A DNA stretch of 64,000 nucleotides from Bugula neritina (lineage: Eukaryota > Animalia > Bryozoa), in assembly GCA_964035545.1 (NCBI GenBank), contig OZ037765.1:12162698-12226697 (forward strand), read 5' to 3'. Made by a program: the position numbers and the translations under genes. Of this stretch, positions 62,990-64,000 are shown piece after piece. The number at the start of each line of letters is the position of its first letter. The stretch's first letter is position 1. The notes below the pieces were generated by a model. That model was not told the DNA's origin. It saw only the letters and a program-made list of their open reading frames with translations, and did no database searches.

Positions 62990-64000
62990 ATGACTAGTAG
63001 TATAAGTATTACTATAAGTATGTCAATTCGCATTACTAAAACTAGTAGTATTAACATTGATAATTATTTATTAACCAATAACATCATTCATAATTTTACA
63101 TTCATATTAATATAAAATTAATCATTGACTATTTAAATGTGAAAATTAAAACAAGTTTAGCAAATAGCAACTGGGTGTTAATGGCTTTATTGCGAAAGCA
63201 GTAAAGATGTAACATTTCCACTAATTTGTTATTATGTAATCTTATATTATAAATTGTATGTTGCATTACAAGTTGCAAGTCAATAGCAGTCAAACAATTA
63301 GGACTGTGATTATGCAATAATTTTGTTTTATAAATGTTGTCTGTTTTGAGTCAGTGTGTAGTGTTTGGTGAATAAAGTATATTATAAACCTCAAGAGAAC
63401 TATTTCAAGAACAATATCAATATCTATATGAATGTTAACATAATCATAACCACTTCATCAAATAATAACCATTTTTATTAATATATATTCATTGATTTAA
63501 CTTTGTGATCGAACTATTACTTATTAAAATACTTAACTCATCTCGTAAAAAGTAGATGCATATAACGATAATTTAAATTTAGTTTTACAATAACTATTTT
63601 AAGGACTTAAATTACTATAATTTACTACTAGTTTAAAACTATAGGCAAAACTAGAAGCCAGAAACAAAGGTGAAGTAATTGTACACTAAAAGTAAAACTC
63701 AAAAGGTCAAAGACTAAAAGTAAAAGTAAAAATAAGCTGTAAAGCATAGGCCTAGCCCTAACGCTAACACTAACAGTAACTGAAACTCTAACTCTAAGCC
63801 TTAAGGCCTAAGGGCTAAGAGTAACTGTAAGAGCTAACAGTAACAGTAACAGTAACACTAACAGCAACACGAACACTAACAGTAACAGTAACTCTAGTCA
63901 CTAAGTCTAACACTAACAGTAACAGTAAGTGTAACACTGACAGTAACTAAGTGAATAGTTAGTGTAACTCTCATTCTGACTCAACTGTAAGACTAAGAGT
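62990..64000. repeat. Degenerate hexamer tract (nnnTAA: agtaac/actaac/cctaac, telomere-like)
   Basis: Example: cctagccctaacgctaacactaacagtaac...taacagtaacagtaacactaacag (63751-63930). Lies 5' of the SEC24 coding start. Confidence 0.7.

Overview
This is an AT-rich, intron-rich animal (invertebrate-like) nuclear genomic window, not a prokaryotic one. I assembled eight spliced protein-coding genes by hand from GT-AG boundaries with consistent phase: SERINC (-); a GLTSCR1/BICRA-family GBAF subunit (+), which appears to share a divergent promoter with SERINC; KIAA2013-like (-); an unannotated-looking small protein with tandem FFAT motifs and a polybasic/CCC tail (+); an orphan single-pass membrane protein with two possible 3' ends (+); a CCCH + CHY zinc-finger gene (-); an atypical rhodopsin-family GPCR (+) nested antisense in the intron that splits that CHY finger; and SEC24A/B (-). 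Non-coding content includes a complete type I hammerhead ribozyme inserted in (TA)n (Penelope/Neptune-like), a TTAA-flanked Kolobok-type MITE, a hAT element with 8-bp TSD in a SEC24 intron, a decayed Academ-like XPG-nuclease transposon, several microsatellites, and three promoter-proximal tracts of degenerate 6-nt periodicity. The best candidates for novelty are the double-FFAT small protein (possible ER-membrane tether), the hammerhead, the nested HRL/NFxxY GPCR and a possible repeat-tunable cassette exon in SEC24. All gene models were read by eye without alignment tools.
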